A stretch of 64,000 nt of DNA from Candidatus Hodarchaeota archaeon (GTDB lineage Archaea > Asgardarchaeota > Heimdallarchaeia > Hodarchaeales > Hodarchaeaceae), in the NCBI GenBank assembly GCA_029856365.1, contig JAHQWW010000004.1, positions 50,580-114,579 of the forward strand, given 5' to 3'. Position 1 is the stretch's first letter. Every line of letters begins with the position of its first letter. Below are positions 48,439-58,037 of this stretch, piece by piece. Both the position numbers and the translations under genes were made by a program. The notes under the pieces are model-generated. The model had not been told where the DNA came from. It saw only the letters and a list, made by a program, of their open reading frames with translations, and did not search any database.

Positions 48439-50277
48439 TCATTGTTGCTTAGTTCTAAAAAATAGATATATTCTTTCAGCTATTACACGACTAATTCCTT
48501 CAACTTGAGCTAACTCTTCAACAGAGGCATCACGAATTCTACTTAAATCTCCAAAATATTGAAGTAAAGAATTTCTACGCTTAGCCCCAATGCCACCAAT
48601 TTGATCTAATTGTGATTTGGGTTCTAATAGCCGTCTTTTCCTATGATATGTGATCGCAAACCGATGGGCTTCATCCCGACATTGTTTAAGTAATTTTAAT
48701 GCTATACTCTCTTGGGGAATAGGAAGAGGATCCTTCTTCTTGGGTAAGAAAACTTTTTCTTCTTTTTTTGCTAGACCAATGACAGGGATTTTTTTGATTT
48801 TTTGATTATATTTTTGTAATACACTATATGCAGCATTAACTTGGGGTTTCCCCCCATCAATCAATAATAAATCTGGTAAAGAGGAAGCAAAGCGAGAATC
48901 ATCATGCATAAGCCGTCGATTTAGCACCTCTTGTAACATAGCAATATCATTGGGTTCGGGTTTAATTGATTTTATTTTAAAACGACGATATTGCGATTTT
49001 ATAGGCATTCCATCTTCAAATACAGACATAGAGCCGACTGGGAAAGCTCCTTGAATATTTGAAATATCATATGTTTCTATACGTCGTGGTAATTCTGAGA
49101 GGTTAAGATAACTTTGAAGCTCAACAAGAGCTTCCCTTTTGATTTGCTCTTTCTTTTGGATTGACTTTACTTTTTCACTAAGTTCTAATTGTACACTGTA
49201 AATGTTTTTCTTGAGAATAACAGAATTTAGAATCTCTGGGTTGACATTGATTTTTACACTCCTTCCCTGTTTTTTGGATAACCAGATTTCTAAAATCTCT
49301 ATTTCATCATCTAAATTGCTTGAAACTTCAATAATATCAGGAATAAAATCTGCTTCTAAGTAATAATGAGTTATAAAAGACTTAATGATCTCTGTTTCTG
49401 GTAAAGTTTCGAGAATTCCCAAAAATTTTGCGTCATAGTCTATAATATTGTCATCACGAATCCAAAAAACTATCAACATATAATAATTTGATTCTTCTAA
49501 TAGAATAATGATATCTTTATCTCTAGGTCGAGGGAATTCCTTTTGAGAGTCAATAATAGTTTTAATTTGACTTATACGATCACGAATTTTCGCAGCTAAT
49601 TCAAAATCCAAGTCGATCGCAGCATGATCCATTTTTTGGTATAATACCTCAAATAGATCCTCATTTTTACCTTGAAGAAATAATATAAATTGATCAACTA
49701 TTTGTTGATATTCTTTAATGGATATTTTACGAACACAGGGAGCAGAACAACGCTGAATAGAATAATCTAAGCATTCTTTTTTTGTTCGAAAACAGTAACT
49801 CTTGTTAGCGATAGGAAAAATCCTACGGAGCGAACGAACAGAAGCACGAAGAGCCTTAACATCTTTTTTCCGACCAAAATACCAATCTTTGGGATTTGTG
49901 ATACTTCGGACAATGAGTAAACGGGAAAAAGGCTCTTCATCTGAAGGTACAGTTATCTGAATCATAGGGTATTGTTTATCATCCAAAAATTGAAAATTAA
50001 ACCTTGGGCTATGCATTTTTATTAGTTCTCGTTCACGTAAAAATGCAGCTTCTACAGACTTATGAATTTCATAATCTATAGTTTTGATTTTCGAGACTAG
50101 TCGTCTTGTTTTTGGATCAGGTATATTTTTCTGAAAGTAAGAGGTTACACGTTTTTTAAGATTTGATGTGGCACCGATATAGATTATTTTACCATTTGCA
50201 TCAAGCATTAGGTAACAACCTGGTTGATCAGGTAATGTTCTTGAAATTGAATCACGAACAGAAACCATGGTAGTCAT
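48439..50277 (-). CDS. uvrC: excinuclease ABC subunit C
   Basis: GIY-YIG LPDQPGCYLM...IIYIG, UVR motif LDFELAAKIRD, IETYDISN, PDLLLIDGGKPQ, RDEAHRFAI, HhH IGGIGAKR. Confidence 0.96.
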   Translation of the reverse strand: MTTMVSVRDSISRTLPDQPGCYLMLDANGKIIYIGATSNLKKRVTSYFQKNIPDPKTRRLVSKIKTIDYEIHKSVEAAFLRERELIKMHSPRFNFQFLDDKQYPMIQITVPSDEEPFSRLLIVRSITNPKDWYFGRKKDVKALRASVRSLRRIFPIANKSYCFRTKKECLDYSIQRCSAPCVRKISIKEYQQIVDQFILFLQGKNEDLFEVLYQKMDHAAIDLDFELAAKIRDRISQIKTIIDSQKEFPRPRDKDIIILLEESNYYMLIVFWIRDDNIIDYDAKFLGILETLPETEIIKSFITHYYLEADFIPDIIEVSSNLDDEIEILEIWLSKKQGRSVKINVNPEILNSVILKKNIYSVQLELSEKVKSIQKKEQIKREALVELQSYLNLSELPRRIETYDISNIQGAFPVGSMSVFEDGMPIKSQYRRFKIKSIKPEPNDIAMLQEVLNRRLMHDDSRFASSLPDLLLIDGGKPQVNAAYSVLQKYNQKIKKIPVIGLAKKEEKVFLPKKKDPLPIPQESIALKLLKQCRDEAHRFAITYHRKRRLLEPKSQLDQIGGIGAKRRNSLLQYFGDLSRIRDASVEELAQVEGISRVIAERIYLFFRTKQQ

Positions 50278-50522
50278 CTATTCTTTGTCTAAAATGTGTA
50301 GGCCTTTATACTTGCTGTTATGACTTTCATCTTTTTCATTGAATATATTTTTCTCAACAATTATCATTTCACAGAAGAATTATATGACAGTTTTCGTAAT
50401 CTATCTAGAATTAATCTGATCTTAGAGGTTCTACTAATAATTATAGAAGAAATGTATTTTTAAATAAGTTATAGGAGACTTAGAAAAAGGAGAAAGAAAA
50501 TGATCCAGTTGATAACTTGGAA

Positions 50523-53500
50523 TTATTTATGGATCGCCTCACGTCTTTGATCAAATATAGCCTGAAAGTCTTCAATCGTACCCTTGTTACTGAAAAGTAG
50601 AATTGTTTCAATTGTTTTAACTTTTCCAGGAGCTAGTTTATATCTATCATAACAAACCAGTTCACTATAATTATTCGCGTTCATATAATTCCCACTCAAA
50701 GTAATTTTAGGATCTGGTGAAACCATAAGTAATTTTTCTTTGTTATCTCCGAATGAAGCGATTGCCCAATTATCTGGTGGAATTGTATTCAGTACGCGTT
50801 CCTTTTTAGTCTTAGAATATGTCCAAATCTTGTTGTGTCGCTTTGTTATGAGTTCTTGGATTGGTTTCAAGAATAAAAGAAAGCCTGTATCTATTGATGC
50901 CATTACTCCAGAATTATTCTTGAATGAAAGTTGACCCAAAAGTAGTGGGCTTTCAGAACGAGTATAGTAAGTAATTTTACAAGTAATATTTTTCAAACGG
51001 AAATCATTAATTGGAGATTTAAGCTGATAAGAGAGTCCAAACCAATTATTTTTTTCAACAAGAATGGGATCACACCAAGTATTATCAAGAAATTCCAGCC
51101 AATCCCAATTATATGACGTTTTGATAAAAGGATGAAATCCACCTACAAATCGCTTGAACCAAACAAAGGATTCACGATTGGGAAACCGTGAGAAGAAAAG
51201 ATTTTCACCACCACAAAATCTAGCAGTATATAAACTTGCCCCGTGGATTGGGCTTGTTTGAAAAGACAATAGATTGTTTGAGAAAAGCCAAAAATTCTCT
51301 TTCTTTTCAAGAGTTACCTTTCCTGAACTCTTATATGGAATGATTGCCCCAGAAAAAGGGCGAGAAGTATAGGGGAGATGAATTTTTCCTTTGTATGTAA
51401 AAATTTGAGAATCTTGAGGATCTAAATGCTTATTTTTCGGAATCTTTTTTTGAAGCTGTTTGTTAGTTCCTCTTTCAAGTTTCATTTTCCGCTGAAAAGA
51501 AGATTTCCACAAAGAACTTTCCAGATCAATTTGAACTTCTATTGGTGTTTCTCGACGAGCATAATATAAGATATCTATTGGGATATTGTCAGAGTCCACA
51601 TCTATCCAATTTAAACCTGGTATTGGATTATGTGTAGCTCCTGGAATTGTTAAATCTTGACCACATCGGATTTCAAAAGATGAAGTACAGTACTCGATAG
51701 TACTATCATCAACAGGAGAAAATTCTTTACCATTAAACTCGTTCAACCAAATTTTACGAGTCAAATGAGCTATGGACCTTCCAAAAACCCAAGTAAAATG
51801 TCCCATTTTGATAGTTTCTCCTGGTTGCAAAATATAGCTTTTAGTATCAATCTGTGGGCCACTAAATGGATTTCCTCTAATTGAATCGACTTGAGAAGAA
51901 TCCCAGATAAGGCCACATCCAAAACCAAGCTGATTCTCTTTTGCTATCCAAGGTTCTGCATAATCATCACCATTTTGGGGAAAATCGAAATTATCGTTAA
52001 ATTCAGGATCATCTGAAACGAGCCACCCAGATTTAAGTGGTAAAACATATTTTCCTAACAAAATGCCTGGAGTTCTCCAAGGGCTCCAGTGACGAATGGC
52101 AATATTTTCAAGTGGGAGATCAGAAGTGTTTGTCATCTCATAATAGCATGAGATTAATGGCTTCCCACCCTCAACAATGATCCAACGGATGACCTGTAAT
52201 CCAGGTTTTTCGACTTTACTCTGCATTACTTGTTTAAAAGAAACTTCAGAGTCATTTTGTACGATTTCATATGGACGATTAAGTCGCCAGAATTCTGAAG
52301 ACTCGGCAGGGAAGGGTTTTCCAATGTTCATTCCAAAAGTCCAAAAAGGAAATTCACCCACATCTTTTGAATTTACATATTGTAGTTCATTTGTTTCCTT
52401 TAGATCAAATTGAAATCGCAACTGTTCATTCTCAATCACAGCTGCTTTGTGAGGATTAACATAGGCAACTGCTCCAGCCTTAGTAAAACAACTCACATGC
52501 CGAATTATTGAAGGTAGTGCTGACTCTCCATCAGATTTCTGTTGATAAAATTGGATATTCCACTGCCAAGCAGCAATAATTGGTTCTATAGGTCTTTGAA
52601 TCTCCACTTGGGTTTCAAAAGCATTACCAGATTCCAATGAGTCAATTCTAACTTCATGAGGAGCTGATAATCCCTCTCCAGTAATTAAAACACGTCCATC
52701 AAAAGGAAGGTTCATTAAATTCCGAAAACCAACTGGGATAACAATCTGCTTTATGTATCTCCCGAAATAAGCTGAGGTTTCACTCATTATAACTTGAAAA
52801 GGTTCTTTCGGCACCCATCCTACTGCTAATTGAATTTCCTTACCATCAATATCGAAAGCGCCATAAAGGCGACAATCGGTTCTTTTCCAAGGATCTTGAT
52901 CTAGAATGTATGTTTCAACATCAGGATTTAGTTCTACTTCGATAGTGATCTGCTTTTCAGCACCAGCTTTAATAATTTCATCTATTGATTCAATGGAAAC
53001 CTTTTTAATACCTTTTAACAGTGTCAAGTTACCTTTAATTGCAAGAGGTCTATTATATTCGTTAAATATCCTCAGTTCGGCTGTTGTTAAATCAATACCA
53101 AAAAATACTTCATGTAGATTGGGAACTAGTTGTACAGAAAGTTCTTCCCCATTAACAACATGTGAAAACCCTGAGATCTCCTTTGCATGACGATCAACAT
53201 ATACTGTTAAAGAATTTTGGCTATCTTGAATGAAATGATAAAAATAGGATTTCATACCAAATTTTTTAAATTCGTCTGCTTTTTGGGTTACAGTGAGTTC
53301 CCGTGACTCATACCAATCATTTTGACTAAAAAATGGTCTAAAAAAAGCTGTGTTTAAAATCGCAGGTATATAATTCTCCATCAACACAGATGTCTTAGGA
53401 CACCACATGAAACCTGTCTTTTTATAAACAGGAACTGCCCGTAGATTTCCAGGCCAAGTATGTAAATCTAACCGTCGTTTACCATGTTTCGCTGCAGTTT

Positions 53501-53930
53501 CAACGGCCTTTAGGAGCAATCCTTTTCCAAAACCCCGTTTTTGTTGAGAAGGGCGAACACCTAACAGCTCAGCATACATTGTATCTTCATCAGTCCAATG
53601 ATTGTCAACGGAACAATATCCCTGAATAGTTCCCCCTTCATCAACGACCATTCGTCTTGTTAACTTTATTGCAAACCACTCTTTGAGTATTCTGTCAGCT
53701 GTAAATTTGGTTTGTCCAAAACCCCCACCCCAACTATCATCATCAGACCATTCGTTCACACAATCAGCAAGGCGTCCAGTATCTTCTATAGTAGCTTCTA
53801 ACTCCCGAATTAGCTTCATTTGGGGAGTGTTAGGGTAACGAATTTTCATATTATCGTCCTGTTCACATGTACCTAAATGATGATCTTTTGAATGAAGATT
53901 TTTGGTCATCTTGTGTACCTCTGATGACAC
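50523..53930 (-). CDS. large GNAT-family N-acetyltransferase with a long beta-rich C-terminal region (start probably ATG 53849)
   Basis: LLGVRPSQQKRGFGKGLL (acetyl-CoA motif A), LDLHTWPGNLRAVPVYKKTGF. Confidence 0.85.
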   Translation of the reverse strand: MSSEVHKMTKNLHSKDHHLGTCEQDDNMKIRYPNTPQMKLIRELEATIEDTGRLADCVNEWSDDDSWGGGFGQTKFTADRILKEWFAIKLTRRMVVDEGGTIQGYCSVDNHWTDEDTMYAELLGVRPSQQKRGFGKGLLLKAVETAAKHGKRRLDLHTWPGNLRAVPVYKKTGFMWCPKTSVLMENYIPAILNTAFFRPFFSQNDWYESRELTVTQKADEFKKFGMKSYFYHFIQDSQNSLTVYVDRHAKEISGFSHVVNGEELSVQLVPNLHEVFFGIDLTTAELRIFNEYNRPLAIKGNLTLLKGIKKVSIESIDEIIKAGAEKQITIEVELNPDVETYILDQDPWKRTDCRLYGAFDIDGKEIQLAVGWVPKEPFQVIMSETSAYFGRYIKQIVIPVGFRNLMNLPFDGRVLITGEGLSAPHEVRIDSLESGNAFETQVEIQRPIEPIIAAWQWNIQFYQQKSDGESALPSIIRHVSCFTKAGAVAYVNPHKAAVIENEQLRFQFDLKETNELQYVNSKDVGEFPFWTFGMNIGKPFPAESSEFWRLNRPYEIVQNDSEVSFKQVMQSKVEKPGLQVIRWIIVEGGKPLISCYYEMTNTSDLPLENIAIRHWSPWRTPGILLGKYVLPLKSGWLVSDDPEFNDNFDFPQNGDDYAEPWIAKENQLGFGCGLIWDSSQVDSIRGNPFSGPQIDTKSYILQPGETIKMGHFTWVFGRSIAHLTRKIWLNEFNGKEFSPVDDSTIEYCTSSFEIRCGQDLTIPGATHNPIPGLNWIDVDSDNIPIDILYYARRETPIEVQIDLESSLWKSSFQRKMKLERGTNKQLQKKIPKNKHLDPQDSQIFTYKGKIHLPYTSRPFSGAIIPYKSSGKVTLEKKENFWLFSNNLLSFQTSPIHGASLYTARFCGGENLFFSRFPNRESFVWFKRFVGGFHPFIKTSYNWDWLEFLDNTWCDPILVEKNNWFGLSYQLKSPINDFRLKNITCKITYYTRSESPLLLGQLSFKNNSGVMASIDTGFLLFLKPIQELITKRHNKIWTYSKTKKERVLNTIPPDNWAIASFGDNKEKLLMVSPDPKITLSGNYMNANNYSELVCYDRYKLAPGKVKTIETILLFSNKGTIEDFQAIFDQRREAIHK

Positions 53931-54100
53931 TATCTGATATTAACGATAGAATAATGTCATTATTACTTTTAAGGAGAATCAAACTTAAGAATGCAGATAC
54001 TGGCAATTTTAATTAATTATTTAATGCGAATTAATGAATGGAAAAACACAAATACAGGTAGAACAGAAGTAATTAACTAGTGTTTCAATTCTGTTGATAG

Positions 54101-54922
54101 GTGAACTTATTTTTGACTGGAAGGAAGCATTTCTTTATTATGTGCCCCCCTTTTGAAATTACAGGGAAAAAACAATTGATTGTCACGAAAAGAGGATATT
54201 TTGAAATTTCTCACAACAAAATCCAATACAAAATCACAAACATGACAACAGATTTCTTGGTGCTACAACCGCAGGAGGGGATTGGGATGATGACTGAATT
54301 ACCACCATATGCCAATATTGACGCGTTTCGATTATTTCATCTGCTTTCTGAGGGGATGACTGAAATTTGCTTTTCGCTCACAGGAAAAAGAAAGGAAGAT
54401 CTGTTACTGGATTTTATTTTCGGGGAAATCCTACCTTTCACGATGAGACAATATGATTCGGGCTTTTATCAGCTGAAATTGCTTCCAGATTCTATATATC
54501 AAGAATTTTATAGAATGTTGTTTACTATTGAAGAAACCATGACAACAACGATATCAACATTTGATGAGAACGTATTCATTCCATTTAAGCGAAAATTCAT
54601 TTCTACAATCCACAATCGAACCGAGAAAGAAGAAGTAAGTACTACAATTGGCACTTTTTCCCGAGATTTTCCCAGATTCTTCAGACTTCATAAAGATCTG
54701 TTAACAATCCTTCTTTCACAAGCCCGACAAGTTTCTGACCATCAACATTTATCATTTCACATTTTTGCTCCAATACTGCGAAAAATACGTATGCTTAATG
54801 CAATGAAGGAATATTTCTACATTGAAGGACGAAAAAAACACATTGAACTAAAAATAACACCAATGAGAGTGGATTCAACAGAAATTGTTGAAAAAATCTC
54901 TCCATTAGTCGAAATAAAATGA
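54101..54922 (+). CDS. hypothetical protein
   Basis: 273-aa ORF filling the gap; no family recognised. Confidence 0.65.
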   Translation: MNLFLTGRKHFFIMCPPFEITGKKQLIVTKRGYFEISHNKIQYKITNMTTDFLVLQPQEGIGMMTELPPYANIDAFRLFHLLSEGMTEICFSLTGKRKEDLLLDFIFGEILPFTMRQYDSGFYQLKLLPDSIYQEFYRMLFTIEETMTTTISTFDENVFIPFKRKFISTIHNRTEKEEVSTTIGTFSRDFPRFFRLHKDLLTILLSQARQVSDHQHLSFHIFAPILRKIRMLNAMKEYFYIEGRKKHIELKITPMRVDSTEIVEKISPLVEIK

Positions 54923-54957
54923 AAACTTGCCTAAGAACTTGCTAATGGAGCTAAAAA

Positions 54958-55629
54958 CTACGTTTGATAAAGATAGACTTTAAGAATTTCAAATAATTTA
55001 TCTAAAGATTTGTATGGACTATGCAATGTTGAAAGATAAGAAATCCCGAATTTTGACTGGGGAAAAGTAATTTTAAATTCATCCATGGTGGGAGCGAAAT
55101 TTGCTAAAAAGTCAACTGCTCGTTCCTTGATTGCAGGGGACATTGTAAATGGTTTCTCAGAGGTTGGGGGTAAGAAAAGATCCACCTTATTTACGACAAA
55201 ATGAAAAATGTATTTCGTAAATGTTGCCTTTCTATCAGCTTTCTCAGGCCTTAAATCAAGTGAATCTAGGAAATAATTATAGGAATCCTCCATTGCTACA
55301 CGTTGCACCTCAACAGATTGATCAGGATCAAGTAAGAAGAGCATACCATCCGTTTTGTACTTTCGCATTGCCTCCCGCCATTTCCGTCGAAGTTTATAGT
55401 CGCCTGGATTGTCAATTGCAATGATTCGATATTTTCTATGTGCTTCGGGTGAGTACCAAGGATAATCCTCTGAACTTTTTAATTTTATCTTTTTTTCTTC
55501 AACGTTAATCTCAAGAGTTTTCTTACTTACGATTTTCTTAACATCTGTTCCTTTCATCCGGTTAATTAAGGTTGTTTTACCCACCCCTGTATTCCCTAAC
55601 ACTGTTACACGAATATCGCGTACAAACAC
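54958..55629 (-). CDS. divergent small GTPase (Ras superfamily; Arf/Rag/MglA-like side)
   Basis: G1 GNTGVGKT, G3 DNPG, LFLLD strand, G4 NKVD. Confidence 0.85.
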   Translation of the reverse strand: MFVRDIRVTVLGNTGVGKTTLINRMKGTDVKKIVSKKTLEINVEEKKIKLKSSEDYPWYSPEAHRKYRIIAIDNPGDYKLRRKWREAMRKYKTDGMLFLLDPDQSVEVQRVAMEDSYNYFLDSLDLRPEKADRKATFTKYIFHFVVNKVDLFLPPTSEKPFTMSPAIKERAVDFLANFAPTMDEFKITFPQSKFGISYLSTLHSPYKSLDKLFEILKVYLYQT

Positions 55630-55899
55630 ATTTCAACCTCTTGTTGAGTCATTACTCTTGAGGGTTATTCTCTGTTTCGTATTGCAAAAAATAATTGATC
55701 ATTTAAAAACTGATTCCTTTTGTCAATGATTAATAGAATTCGAAGTGCGTTCAAACTCTTTTTGGCTAGTGAAGGTTCTTAATTAAAGGAAAAATACTTT
55801 TGATATTTGGAGTTTTTTTAAACTAATTTACATTGCCAATAAGCTTTAATTTATGAATGAGAAATATAATACTGCAATATCAAGAAAGATGTTTATATC

Positions 55900-57921
55900 G
55901 TGTTGGAGAGATGGATCCTGCCAGAATTTCAACTAAAATCTCCTTATCAGCCGCGTGGTGACCAAGTAACGGCAATCACGCAATTAGTTCAAGGAATAAG
56001 AAATGGAAAGAGATTCCAAACTCTTTTAGGTGTTACTGGGAGTGGGAAAACTTTTACGGTCGCTAATGTCATTGAACAAGCACAAAAACCAACTCTAGTA
56101 ATCTCTCACAACAAGACCTTAGCAGCCCAATTATATCAAGAATTTTCTGAGTATTTCCCTCACAATGCTGTGGAATATTTTGTGTCTTTTTACGATTATT
56201 ACCAACCTGAAGCATATCTACCAACAACTGACCGATATATTGAGAAGGATTTTAGTATCAATGATGAGATAGAGAAGATGAGGGCTTCAACCACGAGGAG
56301 TCTCCTCGAACGTGATGATGTAATTGTGGTTGCAAGTGTTAGTTGTATTTACGGTCTTGGGTCACCTGATTCCTATAAAGACTTGAGTCTTTTTGTTGAA
56401 CGTGGCATGATTACCTCTAAAGAGGAAATCCTATCCAGACTAATCGATATTCAGTATGAACGCGATCAAGTGGATTTATCACGAGGAAAAATCAGGTCAC
56501 GAGGGGACACGATAGATATTTGGCCAATATATGAGGAAAACAAAGCTATTCGAATTGAACTATTTGGAGATGAAATTGACCGTATAACTTATATTCACCC
56601 TATTTCGGGTAAAACTCAGCTTTATCTCGATCGTACAATCGTTTTTCCAGCAAAACATTATGTTCGACCCAAAGATGAGCTTAAAGCGGCACTTAATGGA
56701 ATTCGAAAAGAGTTAAGAATACGACTCAAAGAGTTAAAACAAAAAAGCAAGATAGTTGAAGCACATAGACTCCAACAACGAACACTGTATGATTTAGAGT
56801 TGTTGGAAGAAACTGGTTATTGTCCTGGGATAGAGAACTATTCTCGATACTTTGATAACCGCGAAGAAGGAGAACCACCTTCGTCATTACTGGAATTCTT
56901 TCCTAAGGATTATCTCCTTATCATTGATGAATCCCATATGACTATTCCCCAGATTGCAGGAATGAGAGAAGGTGATCGTTCTCGGAAAAAAAACCTGATA
57001 GATTATGGATTTCGGCTTCCATCAGCTTATGACCACCGCCCCCTTACTTTCGAGGAATTTGAAATTCGGATGGGACAGACCTTATTTGTCAGTGCAACAC
57101 CTGGTTCCTATGCTCGAAGAAAAAGTGGAAGAGGAGGCATAGTAGAGCAAATAATTAGGCCTACAGGATTAATTGACCCAGAGATAGAAGTAAAGATTAA
57201 ATTAGAAAATCCGATTGATGACTTAGTAGAAGAAATTCGTCGTACTACAGAACGAGAGGAAAGAACATTAATCACTACTTTGACCAAACGAATGGCTGAG
57301 AATCTTGCTGACTATCTTGATGAAATAGGCGTACGTTCACGTTATTTACATTCAGAGATCAAAACTTTGGAACGAACGGATATCTTACGATCTCTAAGAC
57401 TTGGAGAGTTTGATGTTCTAGTGGGAATTAATCTTCTAAGAGAAGGACTCGATTTACCTGAAGTCTCTTTGGTTGCCATTCTAGATGCAGATAAGCAAGG
57501 TTTTCTCAGAAATGAACGATCACTTATACAAACTATTGGCCGTGCGGCTCGAAACGTCAATGGGCGGGTAGTCTTCTATGCAGACAAAATATCGGAATCC
57601 ATGGCAATGGCTATAGCTGAAACAAAAAGACGTCGGCACAAACAATTGGAATACAACGAGAAAATGGAGATAATACCCCAGACAATTATCAAAGAAATAC
57701 GTAGTCCTCTTGTTGAGCTACGGACATCATTTACAGATATTAAACAGAAAAGAATCTCTGCAGAAGATCTACCAGAGTATATTGAAGCACTTAAACAGGA
57801 AATGCAGCTAGCTGCGAAAAATCTTGAATTTGAAAAGGCTGCAGAAATACGAGATATTATTATTGAATTAGAAAAACCTACAACAAAGAGAAAACCAAAA
57901 ATAATTGACAGAAAAAAGTAA
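55900..57921 (+). CDS. uvrB: excinuclease ABC subunit B
   Basis: PRGDQ, LGVTGSGKT, HNKTLAAQL, YDYYQPEAY, DESH, GINLLREGLDLPEV, QTIGRAARN, C-terminal UVR. Confidence 0.98.
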   Translation: MLERWILPEFQLKSPYQPRGDQVTAITQLVQGIRNGKRFQTLLGVTGSGKTFTVANVIEQAQKPTLVISHNKTLAAQLYQEFSEYFPHNAVEYFVSFYDYYQPEAYLPTTDRYIEKDFSINDEIEKMRASTTRSLLERDDVIVVASVSCIYGLGSPDSYKDLSLFVERGMITSKEEILSRLIDIQYERDQVDLSRGKIRSRGDTIDIWPIYEENKAIRIELFGDEIDRITYIHPISGKTQLYLDRTIVFPAKHYVRPKDELKAALNGIRKELRIRLKELKQKSKIVEAHRLQQRTLYDLELLEETGYCPGIENYSRYFDNREEGEPPSSLLEFFPKDYLLIIDESHMTIPQIAGMREGDRSRKKNLIDYGFRLPSAYDHRPLTFEEFEIRMGQTLFVSATPGSYARRKSGRGGIVEQIIRPTGLIDPEIEVKIKLENPIDDLVEEIRRTTEREERTLITTLTKRMAENLADYLDEIGVRSRYLHSEIKTLERTDILRSLRLGEFDVLVGINLLREGLDLPEVSLVAILDADKQGFLRNERSLIQTIGRAARNVNGRVVFYADKISESMAMAIAETKRRRHKQLEYNEKMEIIPQTIIKEIRSPLVELRTSFTDIKQKRISAEDLPEYIEALKQEMQLAAKNLEFEKAAEIRDIIIELEKPTTKRKPKIIDRKK

Positions 57922-58037
57922 TCATATTTGATTGTTTAATTAACCCTGTTCTAGACAGATAGTTTGATTAAATGGAGATTACTTTCCTATTTTAATGGTC
58001 TCAGTAAATGCTAGGAAAAGGAGAAAATACCCAACAT

